Source: Candidatus Altimarinota bacterium (GTDB lineage Bacteria > Patescibacteriota > Gracilibacteria > JBDHUY01). From it: DNA of 64,000 bases. Below, piece after piece: positions 28,391 through 37,816 of this stretch (positions are counted from its first letter, which is position 1; each line of letters starts with the position of its first letter). Both the position numbers and the translations under genes were made by a program. Under the pieces are notes generated by a model, which saw only the letters and a list, made by a program, of their open reading frames with translations, was not told the DNA's origin and did no database searches. The DNA lies in NCBI GenBank assembly GCA_039809385.1, contig JBDHUY010000010.1:8995-72994 (forward strand). Reading direction: 5' to 3'.

Positions 28391-31090
28391 ATGCAAACAA
28401 ACACAAACAGCAACCAGGGCGCCGAACTGATACGTGAAAATACCAGCCGTCTCCTGTCGGGACGCAAACGCGTACTGGAGCTGGCCCGGCAACTGATCGC
28501 CGGACTCACCCGCAGTGAACTGTCGGACATAATGCCGGAGATTATTAAATCCCAGACGGCAAAAGACTTCTATGAGGAATTTGGTCTGGAAAGAGCCGCG
28601 GGAACGGAAGAAGAAATGATATTCGGCGACCTCAAGGAAGAATTGGAAGTGCTCGAAACGATGGGATTTGCCGACGGAAGCCTGTTTGATCTGCAGGAAG
28701 CGGAGGAACCGGTGGATGTCGCCGCAGAAGGTGCAGTGAAAGGGCTAAATTTTAAACACTCCCAGCAATTGGACTCCCGGCTTCATCAGAGTCTGATCAA
28801 GATGGCCCGTCTGGAACGAAAAAAGAAAAAAAGCGGGTCCGAACAGAACTACCTGAATCAGCAACAAATCCCTGAACCGAGCGATATACTAAAAAGTACT
28901 GAGCCGGGGTCAGAAACCCCCGAAATATCTGTCAAACGGGCCAGTATCCGGGACAAAATGAAGACAGCGTTACAACAAAGAAAATATGACTCACCTCAGC
29001 GTTCCAGCATTTCGCCTGCCAGTCAGCGCGCCGTACGGGGAATAGACGAATATCGCGAAACAGACAGAAAGATCCGCGAAGCGGTCGATGAGAACTATTT
29101 CGACTGGATGGCCCATTATATGTTGAAACTAAACGGCCTGAGAAAAAGTCTCGCCAAGAGCGGAAAACTGGTCCTCACTCCCTATGTGGAACGGATCATC
29201 GAGGAAGTACGGGACAGTGAGACCGCCACGGGCAAGATCGCCTGCCTGAAAGGCGATCTGGGAGCCGGAAAAACCGAGATCGCTCTCCATGTCGGACGGG
29301 AACAGAACCGGAAAAATCTCCCTGCGATCAAGGAGAAGCTCGAACAAAACGGCTATACGATTCTCTCATCTTCGGATCTGAAAAAAGAGCTCGGCCAGCT
29401 GGAAGGTTCAAGGCGGGAAGAGATGGTCCGCGAGTTTGTACAAAAAGAAGGGAGCCGTATTTCCTCAATCCGAAATCTGAAGCAAAGTGAAGCCGAAAGT
29501 TATGTTCTGAACGATCCTGAACTTTTATTTCAGGCTTTTCAAAAACATACATTCAAAAATGAAAAGGTCATTGACGAGCAAACCGCCATCGAGCCAATTT
29601 TGCTCTCGGGACACAAAGAGTTTGATCCGGCCGAAATGATCGGCGGCTTCGAAATTCAGCACGAAGAACTGGATCTGAGAAAAGTTACCGAAGTCTACCG
29701 GGAAGGACTCAGAACAATCGAAGCGATACCAGGATTGGATGAGCATACGAAAAAAGAATTACAGGATCTGGCCAAAAGCAAGATTGCGAATCTGGGAGGA
29801 GTAGAGACTCACGCCTATCTGGGCAAACTATTTCAGGCCATGCAGATGGGAAAAACACTGATCATCGACGAGTTCAATGCCATTCCGCACGAAATACTGA
29901 TCATTCTCAACTTTTACATGACCCGCCGGCCCGGCGACGTGATCCAGCCACCCATTAATAATCTCCCTCCCTTCAAAGTGCAGGAAGGATTCAAGATCAT
30001 TTTCACCGGCAATATTCCCAAAGAAGGCCAGACCGGCTATGTCGGACGCCAGGCCTTGGATGCGGCCTTCCGCAATCGCTTGAACGAGATCGAAGTAGAT
30101 TATCTGCCCAATTCCCGCGATGACGATATATTTGTGAACGCGAAAGGAGAATTCGATCTTCCCAGAGAATTTCTGCCGGGTACCGACACCGGAACAAAAA
30201 CTATTGAAGAAGCAAAAAGCGAATATCTTTCGTCACTGAACAACGAATATCGAGCCACGATCCGTCACGGTGGAAAGCTGGAACTGGCCGAAGGAGGTGA
30301 GAAAAAAGTGGAAGGAAAGGAAAACGACGAATTGTTTCAGGTTCTGGTGACCTTCGGACTGCCCAAAAGTCTGGTCGGACGACTGCCAGAGAATTATTTT
30401 GCCAAAGTCTACCAGCTGGCCCGCATTGCCCGGATCATCCAGGATGCCTATTCGGGACAACTCGTCGATGAAAAGTATTACAAGGCTGTGGGGAAAAAAC
30501 CGCAGAGTTTTTTGAAACGCGGGATTGCCTCGATGCGCGATCTGACAACGATTATTCGAGCCTGGAAAGTGGACGGGTACTCACGGGAGCTCGACTATTA
30601 TGTATGGAAATACTTTATCCAAAATCTGGAAGGGACAGAACAGGCCTGGATCTACGGTTTGTTCAAAGAATTCGGCGGTTTTTTTGACGACAACAATGTC
30701 TTTCCACAGCAGGAAAAAGATATTCACCAGCTCCGGCTGGTCGGACGCATCATTACCGACCAACAAGTTCCGGATCAGAAACCAAAGCTAAAAACGTTCA
30801 GCCAACAGGAGGTTTTAGAAAATTTGTTTGGTCTGGCGCCGCTGCCAAAAGAGGATGAGCAGCAGATAATTCAAAGCGTGGAAGTGAGGGGTGAAGACCT
30901 GGAAACACAGAAACAGGAGTTGCTGGACAAGATCGATACCCTCGCAGTGTCGCTTCAGATTTTCATCGACAGGTTTGTGGTAAACGTCATGATGTCCAAC
31001 TGCAAGGATCATTGCGATATAGGAGCGCTGAAAGGTATGCTGAGCGAAACGGCACTATCGAATCTGCGCAACCGTGAATCAACAATGTGA
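28391..31090 (+). CDS. MoxR/dynein-related (AAA_5-like) AAA+ ATPase with large insertions
   Basis: Walker A GDLGAGKT, Walker B LIIDEFN, sensor-1 FTGN, arginine finger LDAAFRNR, sensor-2-like SMRDL. Confidence 0.88.
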   Translation: MQTNTNSNQGAELIRENTSRLLSGRKRVLELARQLIAGLTRSELSDIMPEIIKSQTAKDFYEEFGLERAAGTEEEMIFGDLKEELEVLETMGFADGSLFDLQEAEEPVDVAAEGAVKGLNFKHSQQLDSRLHQSLIKMARLERKKKKSGSEQNYLNQQQIPEPSDILKSTEPGSETPEISVKRASIRDKMKTALQQRKYDSPQRSSISPASQRAVRGIDEYRETDRKIREAVDENYFDWMAHYMLKLNGLRKSLAKSGKLVLTPYVERIIEEVRDSETATGKIACLKGDLGAGKTEIALHVGREQNRKNLPAIKEKLEQNGYTILSSSDLKKELGQLEGSRREEMVREFVQKEGSRISSIRNLKQSEAESYVLNDPELLFQAFQKHTFKNEKVIDEQTAIEPILLSGHKEFDPAEMIGGFEIQHEELDLRKVTEVYREGLRTIEAIPGLDEHTKKELQDLAKSKIANLGGVETHAYLGKLFQAMQMGKTLIIDEFNAIPHEILIILNFYMTRRPGDVIQPPINNLPPFKVQEGFKIIFTGNIPKEGQTGYVGRQALDAAFRNRLNEIEVDYLPNSRDDDIFVNAKGEFDLPREFLPGTDTGTKTIEEAKSEYLSSLNNEYRATIRHGGKLELAEGGEKKVEGKENDELFQVLVTFGLPKSLVGRLPENYFAKVYQLARIARIIQDAYSGQLVDEKYYKAVGKKPQSFLKRGIASMRDLTTIIRAWKVDGYSRELDYYVWKYFIQNLEGTEQAWIYGLFKEFGGFFDDNNVFPQQEKDIHQLRLVGRIITDQQVPDQKPKLKTFSQQEVLENLFGLAPLPKEDEQQIIQSVEVRGEDLETQKQELLDKIDTLAVSLQIFIDRFVVNVMMSNCKDHCDIGALKGMLSETALSNLRNRESTM

Positions 31091-31131
31091 CACAAAAAAA
31101 TGTCAGATTTTAATTGGTATGTATCACTCCC

Positions 31132-32550
31132 ATGCACCTGTGCGAAAAACTTCAACAAGGCTTGCTTGAGATCAAACAGATCAGCGAAAAACTGAATAGA
31201 CTTCAAGATGAACTGGGAAGTATTCAAACGGTTCAAGAGTTGCAAGCAAAAGAGTCACAACTAAACGAGGCTATCTCTCAATGTGAATCGAAACAGAAGG
31301 AGTTGGAAGGGTTAAAGTACAACTTTCCAGCCGAAGTGTTACAAATGTTTGGAATTGAACTGCATGAAGAGAACCTGAATAAAGTTCAACAGGATGAAGA
31401 TGGGTACTGTGTCAGTATTGAATTTCCTCTTAAAAATATACAAAGTATTCCAGCAGAGATTCAGTACCTACGGAAGCTTACCAGTCTTAATCTAAATGAC
31501 AACAAACTAACAGTCCTCCCCCCTGAGATTGGGAAATTGTTGGAGCTGAGGGAACTGAATCTAAGGTACAACAAACTAACAGTCCTTCCCCCTGAGATTG
31601 GGAAATTGTTGGAACTGAGGGAACTGAATCTCTTTAGCAACCAACTAACAATTCTCCCCCCTGAGATTGGGCAATGGGAGAAGCTGGAGAAACTTAATCT
31701 CTCTAGCAACCAACTAACAATTCTCCCCCCTGAGATTGGGAAATTGTTGGAACTGAGGGAACTGAATCTCTTTAGCAACCAACTAACAACCCTCCCCGTT
31801 GAGATTGGGAAATGGGAGAATTTGGAGGAACTTGTTCTCTCTGGTAACCAACTAACAGATCTCCCCACTCAGATTGAGAAATGGTTGAAACTGAAAAAAC
31901 TTCATCTTGCTCGCAACCGGATACACCTCCCCCTTGAGATTAGGAAGTTGTTGGAACTGAGGGAACTTAATCTTGCTAACAACCAACTAACAACCCTCCC
32001 CCCTGAGATTGGGCAATGGGGGAAGCTGGAGATAATCAATCTCGCTTACAACAGACTAACAGATCTCCCTGCTGAGATTGGGAAATTGTTGGAACTGAGG
32101 GAACTTAATCTCGCTAGCAATCAACTAAAAACCCTTCCCCTTGAGGTTGGGGAATTGGAGAATTTGGAGAAACTTAATCTTTCTAACAACCAACTAACAG
32201 TCCTCCCCTCTGAGATTGGGAAATTGTTGAAACTGAGGGAACTTAATCTCTCTAGCAACAAACTAACAATTCTCCCCCCTGAGATTGGGGAATTGTTGGA
32301 GCTGAGGGAACTGAATCTCTCTAGCAACCAATTAACAGATCTCCCCATTCAGATTGGAGAATTGGAGAATTTGGAGAAACTTAATCTTTCTAACAACCAA
32401 CTAACAGATCTCCCCACTCAGATTTGGGACTTGCCGAAACTGCAACCTTTTAGTTTCAGTAACAATCGCTTTTCTGAAGATGAATGGATTAAAAATAAAG
32501 CAGCCCTATCGGCGGCGTTTGCCCGACGTTCTGCGGGCAGATATCCATAG
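31132..32550 (+). CDS. Leucine-rich repeat protein 1 (MHLC N-terminal module plus about 14 23-aa LRRs)
   Basis: LxxLxLxxNxLxxLPPEIG units at 69-bp period; ATG at 31132. Confidence 0.93.
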   Translation: MHLCEKLQQGLLEIKQISEKLNRLQDELGSIQTVQELQAKESQLNEAISQCESKQKELEGLKYNFPAEVLQMFGIELHEENLNKVQQDEDGYCVSIEFPLKNIQSIPAEIQYLRKLTSLNLNDNKLTVLPPEIGKLLELRELNLRYNKLTVLPPEIGKLLELRELNLFSNQLTILPPEIGQWEKLEKLNLSSNQLTILPPEIGKLLELRELNLFSNQLTTLPVEIGKWENLEELVLSGNQLTDLPTQIEKWLKLKKLHLARNRIHLPLEIRKLLELRELNLANNQLTTLPPEIGQWGKLEIINLAYNRLTDLPAEIGKLLELRELNLASNQLKTLPLEVGELENLEKLNLSNNQLTVLPSEIGKLLKLRELNLSSNKLTILPPEIGELLELRELNLSSNQLTDLPIQIGELENLEKLNLSNNQLTDLPTQIWDLPKLQPFSFSNNRFSEDEWIKNKAALSAAFARRSAGRYP

Positions 32551-32567
32551 ATTTAAAACAACACTCC

Positions 32568-32687
32568 CCTGAGATTAGGAATCTTAAGGAACTGATTCGA
32601 CTTTATCTTGAGGAGAATGATTTTATTGCGGTGAAAAAAAAGCAAAATAGAAAACTATTTAGTCCGACGTTCAAGATATCTTTTTGA
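32568..32687 (+). pseudogene. Orphan C-terminal fragment of a deleted LRR gene
   Basis: Translates PEIRNLKELIRLYLEENDFIAVKKKQNRKLFSPTFKISF*, matching the last LRR and cap of LRR2 and LRR4; no start codon, out of frame with LRR1. Confidence 0.8.
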
Positions 32688-32695
32688 CTACCCTC

Positions 32696-33550
32696 ATGCA
32701 CCTGTGCCAAGAACTACAACAAGGCTTGCTTGAGATCAAACAGATCAGCGAAAAACTGAATAAACTTCGAAATGAACTGAGAAATATTCAGATGGTTCAA
32801 GAGTTGAAAGAAAAAGAGTCGCAACTGGACCAATCGATCTCTCAATGTGAATCGAAACAAAAGGAGTTGGAAGAGGAAAAATACAACTTTCCAGCCGAAG
32901 TATTACGCATGTTTGGACTTGAGGTAAATGAAGAGAATCTGAAGAAGGTTCAACTGGATGAAGGAGGGTACTGTGTCGGTCTTGACCTATCTGGACAAAA
33001 AATACAAACGATTCCGGCAGAGATTCAGTACTTACGGAGACTGACTTCTCTTGATCTTTCTTACAATCAACTGACAGAGCTGCCCCCCGAGATTGGGAAT
33101 TTGTCGAAACTGGAGAATCTTAATCTCTATCATAACCAACTGAACCTTCTCCCATCAGAGATTGGGTACCTCAGGGAATTGACCTTACTTAGTCTCGGAA
33201 TTAACCAACTGAAAGTTCTGCCACCTGAGATTGGGAACTTACCGAATCTGGAAGGGCTTGATCTTAATGATAATCAACTAAAGGCTCTGCCACCTGAGAT
33301 TGGGAACTTACTGAATCTGAAAGAGCTTTTTCTTGATAACAACCAACTGAAAGTTCTGCCACCTGAGATTGGGAACTTACCGAATCTGGAAAAACTTTTA
33401 CTTAATGGCAATCAACTGAAGGATCTACCATCAGAGATTGGGAAACTCGAGAAACTATTTGAACTGAATCTCTATGGGAATTCTCTAATTGAAGTAGAGA
33501 AAGAGAAAATTAAAAAACTATTTGACACTCCCGTCAATATATACGTTTGA
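32696..33550 (+). CDS. Leucine-rich repeat protein 2
   Basis: MHLCQELQQGLLEIKQ start; about 7 LRRs; cap EKEKIKKLF. Confidence 0.93.
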   Translation: MHLCQELQQGLLEIKQISEKLNKLRNELRNIQMVQELKEKESQLDQSISQCESKQKELEEEKYNFPAEVLRMFGLEVNEENLKKVQLDEGGYCVGLDLSGQKIQTIPAEIQYLRRLTSLDLSYNQLTELPPEIGNLSKLENLNLYHNQLNLLPSEIGYLRELTLLSLGINQLKVLPPEIGNLPNLEGLDLNDNQLKALPPEIGNLLNLKELFLDNNQLKVLPPEIGNLPNLEKLLLNGNQLKDLPSEIGKLEKLFELNLYGNSLIEVEKEKIKKLFDTPVNIYV

Positions 33551-33560
33551 TTATCCCCCC

Positions 33561-34655
33561 ATGCACCTGTGCGAACAATTACAACAAGAGTTTGTTCAAA
33601 TCAAACAACTGGCCTTGTGGCTGGACGATTTGAGGAAGCAGATTGAATTGGCCCAAAGCATCAAAGATCTTGATCCCATCTATCCAAGGCTTCCGGAAAA
33701 ACTGGCCGTGTTCGAGAAACAAAAAATTGAAATGGAGCAGAAAAGCTGGAATTTTCCCCGGAATATATTAAAAATGTTTGGACTCGAAGTTACAGAAGAA
33801 AACCTGAAAAAAATCACACTCGATGAACATGGCTATTGTGTGGAAATCAATTTTTCTTCCCAAGGCCTAAAAAGCATCCCCGCAGAGATCGTACACCTTA
33901 CAAAACTAAAGAAACTTAGCCTTTCAGAAAACCCGCTCCAGACGCTCCCTCCTGAAATTGGACAACTTACCGGATTGACTGAACTCTATCTCAATTATAA
34001 CGCAATAACAACTCTCCCGTCGCTCCCCAATTTAACCATACTCCAGCTTGCTTTTAACAAACTCAGAGCTTTTCCAGGTGAGATTGAGGATTTTTCCAGC
34101 TTGAGGGAACTTACCCTGGGTTTTAACCAGTTCCAAACTTTTCCGCCTGCAATCGGAAAGCTTACCGGACTAACGAAGCTCGACTTCGATAATAACGAAC
34201 TCACCACTCTCCCGCCCGAAATCGGCAATCTCTTCCAATTAGAAGAGCTCTCCCTTACCAAAAATAAACTTAGCACTCTCCCGCCCGAAATCGGAAAGCT
34301 TGCCGGACTAAGGGAGCTCTACTTCATTGATAACGAACTCACCACTCTCCCGCCCGAAATCGGCAATCTCTTTCAATTAGAAGAGTTCTACATTAGCAAC
34401 AATAAACTCAAAGATCTGCCAATCGAGATGGAGAAACTTTTGAACCTACAGAAATTTCATTTCATGAATAACCAGATTAAGACTATCCCGGAACAGATCA
34501 GAAAACTCCCCAATCTGACTGAATTCTATCCCTATGGAAATCCACTTGAGAAAAACGTAGACATAAGCTGGTCCGATAAATTGTATAATCTCTTCCCGGA
34601 CAAAGTAAAGCGACACATTAAAAACATACTTCAAAAAGTTAAGAATCGTCCTTAA
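33561..34655 (+). CDS. Leucine-rich repeat protein 3 (most divergent)
   Basis: MHLCEQLQQ start; about 10 LRRs; different codon choices from the other copies. Confidence 0.93.
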   Translation: MHLCEQLQQEFVQIKQLALWLDDLRKQIELAQSIKDLDPIYPRLPEKLAVFEKQKIEMEQKSWNFPRNILKMFGLEVTEENLKKITLDEHGYCVEINFSSQGLKSIPAEIVHLTKLKKLSLSENPLQTLPPEIGQLTGLTELYLNYNAITTLPSLPNLTILQLAFNKLRAFPGEIEDFSSLRELTLGFNQFQTFPPAIGKLTGLTKLDFDNNELTTLPPEIGNLFQLEELSLTKNKLSTLPPEIGKLAGLRELYFIDNELTTLPPEIGNLFQLEEFYISNNKLKDLPIEMEKLLNLQKFHFMNNQIKTIPEQIRKLPNLTEFYPYGNPLEKNVDISWSDKLYNLFPDKVKRHIKNILQKVKNRP

Positions 34656-34666
34656 CCAGATATCCC

Positions 34667-35794
34667 ATGCACCTGTGCGAAGAACTGCAACAAGGCTTGC
34701 TTGAGATCAAACAGATCAGCGAAAAACTGAATAAACTTCGAAGTGAGTTGGGAAATATTCAGACGGTTCAAGAGTTGCAAGAAAAAGAGTCGCAACTGGA
34801 CGAGTTGATCTCTGAGTGTGAATCGCGACAAAAGGAGTTGGAAGGGTTAAAATACAACTTTCCAGCCGAAGTGTTGAACATATTTGGATTGGGGAGGGAT
34901 AGTGTGTTGGGAGTTAATCAGGATGAAGATGGGTATTGTGTCGATCTTCATTTTAATCATAGGAATATACAAAGTATTCCAACAGAGATTCAGTATCTGC
35001 AAAAACTCACTAGGCTTAATCTCGAGTACAACCAACTGACAACCCTTCCCTCTGAGATTGGGAACTTGCTGAATCTGAAAGAACTTTGTCTCGGATATAA
35101 CCAACTAACAATTCTCCCCCCCGAGATTGGGGACTTGAAAAATCTGGAAACTCTTAATCTCATTCAAAACAGACTAACACTTCTCTCCCCTGAGATTGGG
35201 AACTTGAAGAATCTGAAAGAACTCCGTCTCGATGACATCGGACTAACAATTCTCCCCCCCGAGATTGGGGACTTGAGAAATCTGGAAACTCTTAATCTCT
35301 ATAAGAACAAACTAACAATCCTCCCCCCTGAGATTGTAAACTTGACGAATCTGGGAAGGTTGAATCTCTCTAGCAACCAACTAACAACCCTTCTCCCTGA
35401 GATTGGGGACTTGACGAATCTGAAAGAACTTTGTCTCAAATACAACCAACTAATAACCCTCCCCCTTGAGATTGGGAAATTGTCTAATCTGGTAAAACTT
35501 GATCTCTCTTGCAACAGACTGACAGCTTTCCCCTCTGAGATTGGGGACTTGACGAATCTGAAAGAACTTTGTCTCAAATACAACCAACTAATAACCCTCC
35601 CCCTTGAGATTGGGAAATTGTCTAATCTGGTAAAACTTGATCTCTCTTACAACAAACTGACAGCTTTTCCCTCTGAGATTGGGAACTTGCTGAATCTGAA
35701 AAAGCTTCTTCTTAAAGATAATAATTTTTTTTCTGAACAAGAGAAGGATAAAATTAAAAGACTATTTGATTCGAAGGTCCTAATATATTTTTGA
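34667..35794 (+). CDS. Leucine-rich repeat protein 4
   Basis: MHLCEELQQGLLEIKQ start; about 11 LRRs including a near-exact 138-bp two-repeat duplication. Confidence 0.93.
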   Translation: MHLCEELQQGLLEIKQISEKLNKLRSELGNIQTVQELQEKESQLDELISECESRQKELEGLKYNFPAEVLNIFGLGRDSVLGVNQDEDGYCVDLHFNHRNIQSIPTEIQYLQKLTRLNLEYNQLTTLPSEIGNLLNLKELCLGYNQLTILPPEIGDLKNLETLNLIQNRLTLLSPEIGNLKNLKELRLDDIGLTILPPEIGDLRNLETLNLYKNKLTILPPEIVNLTNLGRLNLSSNQLTTLLPEIGDLTNLKELCLKYNQLITLPLEIGKLSNLVKLDLSCNRLTAFPSEIGDLTNLKELCLKYNQLITLPLEIGKLSNLVKLDLSYNKLTAFPSEIGNLLNLKKLLLKDNNFFSEQEKDKIKRLFDSKVLIYF

Positions 35795-35802
35795 CTACCC
35801 CC

Positions 35803-35926
35803 ATGCATCTGTGCGAAAAACTCCAACAATGACTGCTTGAACTCAAAGCGCTCATGCAGGATTTGAATAATCTTCGAAACAGATTACGAAATATTCAAAC
35901 AGGTAAAGAGACTCGAAATACAACTG
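35803..35926 (+). pseudogene. Truncated N-terminal relic of a further LRR gene
   Basis: MHLCEKLQQ*LLELKALMQDLNNLRNRLRNIQT; TGA at 35830 replaces the Gly codon, then similarity is lost. Confidence 0.85.
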
Positions 35927-36011
35927 GTACGCGCTATGCCACATCCCCTTGTCCTTTCTCTGTAAAGTTGTATAGTCAAGGGAGATTATCTGATTTTTCG
36001 CGAAAACCAGT

Positions 36012-36779
36012 ATGGCCAATCACGCCGAAACGGTTTCCTGCGCGCTCTGTCATAAAAAGCGGCTTTCCACGCATGGTTTGCATGCGGAAATGATCCATGC
36101 CCCGGTTCTGGAATTAATGCAGAAAAAATATCCGGATATCCAAATGACTGATTTTATTTGTCAGTCCTGTGTCAACAAGTATCGTTCGGGGTATGTGCAG
36201 GAAGTTCTGGAAGAAGAACGGGGCGAACTTTCCACACTGGAACAGCAGGTGATCGACAGCCTCAAAGAACAGGATGTGCTGACAAAAAATATCAACGATG
36301 AATTCGATCAGCAACGTACCTGGGGGGAAAAAGTCGCTGACGGCATTGCCAACTTTGCCGGCAGCTGGGCTTTTATCATTATCTTTATTGCGATATTGAT
36401 CGCCTGGATCATACTCAATGGAACGGAGTATCTTTTTCGGGCTTTTGATCCGTTTCCGTTTATTTTGCTGAATCTGTTGTTGTCCTGTATCGCCGCGCTT
36501 CAAGCTCCTGTTATCCTGATGAGCCAAAACCGCCAGGCCAAACGCGACCGTCTGCAAGCTGACAACGACTACGGGGTAAATCTGAAAGCCGAACTGGAAG
36601 TGCGGCATTTGAACTGGAAAATGGATAAATTGCTTTCCCATCAATGGCAACGTCTTCTGGATATTCAAAGGATTCAGACCGAATTGATGGAAGAGGTCTT
36701 GAAAAAAACAAAAAGCGGGAATGTTAAGATCTCCAGAAAGCCTAAAAGTGTGACATTGCAAGCAAATAAGCTTTCATAA
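36012..36779 (+). CDS. DUF1003 family membrane protein
   Basis: ADGIANFAGSWAFI, FDPFPFILLNLLLSCIAALQAPVILMSQNRQ, VNLKAELE. Confidence 0.92.
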   Translation: MANHAETVSCALCHKKRLSTHGLHAEMIHAPVLELMQKKYPDIQMTDFICQSCVNKYRSGYVQEVLEEERGELSTLEQQVIDSLKEQDVLTKNINDEFDQQRTWGEKVADGIANFAGSWAFIIIFIAILIAWIILNGTEYLFRAFDPFPFILLNLLLSCIAALQAPVILMSQNRQAKRDRLQADNDYGVNLKAELEVRHLNWKMDKLLSHQWQRLLDIQRIQTELMEEVLKKTKSGNVKISRKPKSVTLQANKLS

Positions 36780-37009
36780 ATGGCTTCCTTGAATAGATAC
36801 GGGCATGCATATTCGTCTTCAACGAAAGCGCGCAGTATGAAGGTCGAGATTTGTCATCTGATAGCGGGGCCAGTATTCCCATGCCCAAATAGCGGATTTT
36901 TCATATATCGCGATTTTCCCCTAGTATCAAAAATCACAGAGTTTCTTCTTGAGTATCCTGCGGATTTGGTTAGTATACAAGTGGTATACTTTTCTTTACA
37001 TTTGTCGGT

Positions 37010-37750
37010 ATGAATTCCCCGTCGCAGGAAAAAGAGGTTATTTTAATTCTAGCCGACATCAGCGGCTATACCAATTATATGGTTTCCAATGCCAAAGCTC
37101 GTGTTCATGCCCAAGTGGTGATCTCGGAGTTAATGGAATCTATTATTCGTCATATCGAAATTCCGCTTGAAATATCCAAGCTGGAGGGCGATGCCGTATT
37201 TTTGTACGCCTGCAAAAACGAACATTCTTCCGACTGGGGGAAAACCAAGATGCTGATTGGGCAAAAACTGCTTACCTTTTTTGAAGCGTTTTCCTCGAAA
37301 TTGGAAAATTTGATGCAGAGCAATATCTGCAGCGATTGCATGGCTTGTAAGAATATGCATCTGTTGCGATTGAAAGTTCTGGTACATAGCGGGACCGCCT
37401 TATTTTATCGTCTGGGAAAGTTTGAAGAACTCTCCGGAGTGGACGTTATTTTGGCTCATCGTCTACTCAAAAATACGGTCGAGGGCCACGAATATATTCT
37501 CATGACCGAGGCCGCCAAACGCGATATCCATTTTGAAAAAGATATCGCGTTGGAACCGCATACCGAAGACTACGATCATATCGGAAAAGTACATGCGTTC
37601 GTCTACTATCCGCACGGAAAAAAACAGGCAGCTCCTACGATTCCCCCGGCGACGTATTGGCAAAAAATCGAAGACCTTTTTCGCAAAGTCGGAAAACCTT
37701 TTTTGATCAAGCGCGGCCTGTTGAAGATGAAAGAGTTCAAAAATATGTAA
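37010..37750 (+). CDS. DUF2652 family protein (class III nucleotide cyclase-like)
   Basis: LADISGYT, SKLEGDAVF, LKVLVHSG, GVDVILAHRLLKN. Confidence 0.85.
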   Translation: MNSPSQEKEVILILADISGYTNYMVSNAKARVHAQVVISELMESIIRHIEIPLEISKLEGDAVFLYACKNEHSSDWGKTKMLIGQKLLTFFEAFSSKLENLMQSNICSDCMACKNMHLLRLKVLVHSGTALFYRLGKFEELSGVDVILAHRLLKNTVEGHEYILMTEAAKRDIHFEKDIALEPHTEDYDHIGKVHAFVYYPHGKKQAAPTIPPATYWQKIEDLFRKVGKPFLIKRGLLKMKEFKNM

Positions 37751-37757
37751 AAACTAT

Positions 37758-37789
37758 AAAAAAGCCGGTCAACAAAGACCGGCTTTTTT
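37758..37789. terminator. Bidirectional intrinsic terminator
   Basis: aaaaaagccggtc-aacaaa-gaccggctttttt between convergent genes. Confidence 0.9.
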
Positions 37790-37816
37790 ACTAATCTTTC
37801 TCAGTTTTGTCTGCGC

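Noticed and set aside
35830-35832. TGA at a conserved Gly position suggesting genetic code 25 (UGA=Gly)
   Set aside because: Long genes are intact under code 11 and many end in TGA at the expected place (dnaJ, alkD, LRR2, LRR4); this fragment is also truncated shortly after, so it is a nonsense mutation.
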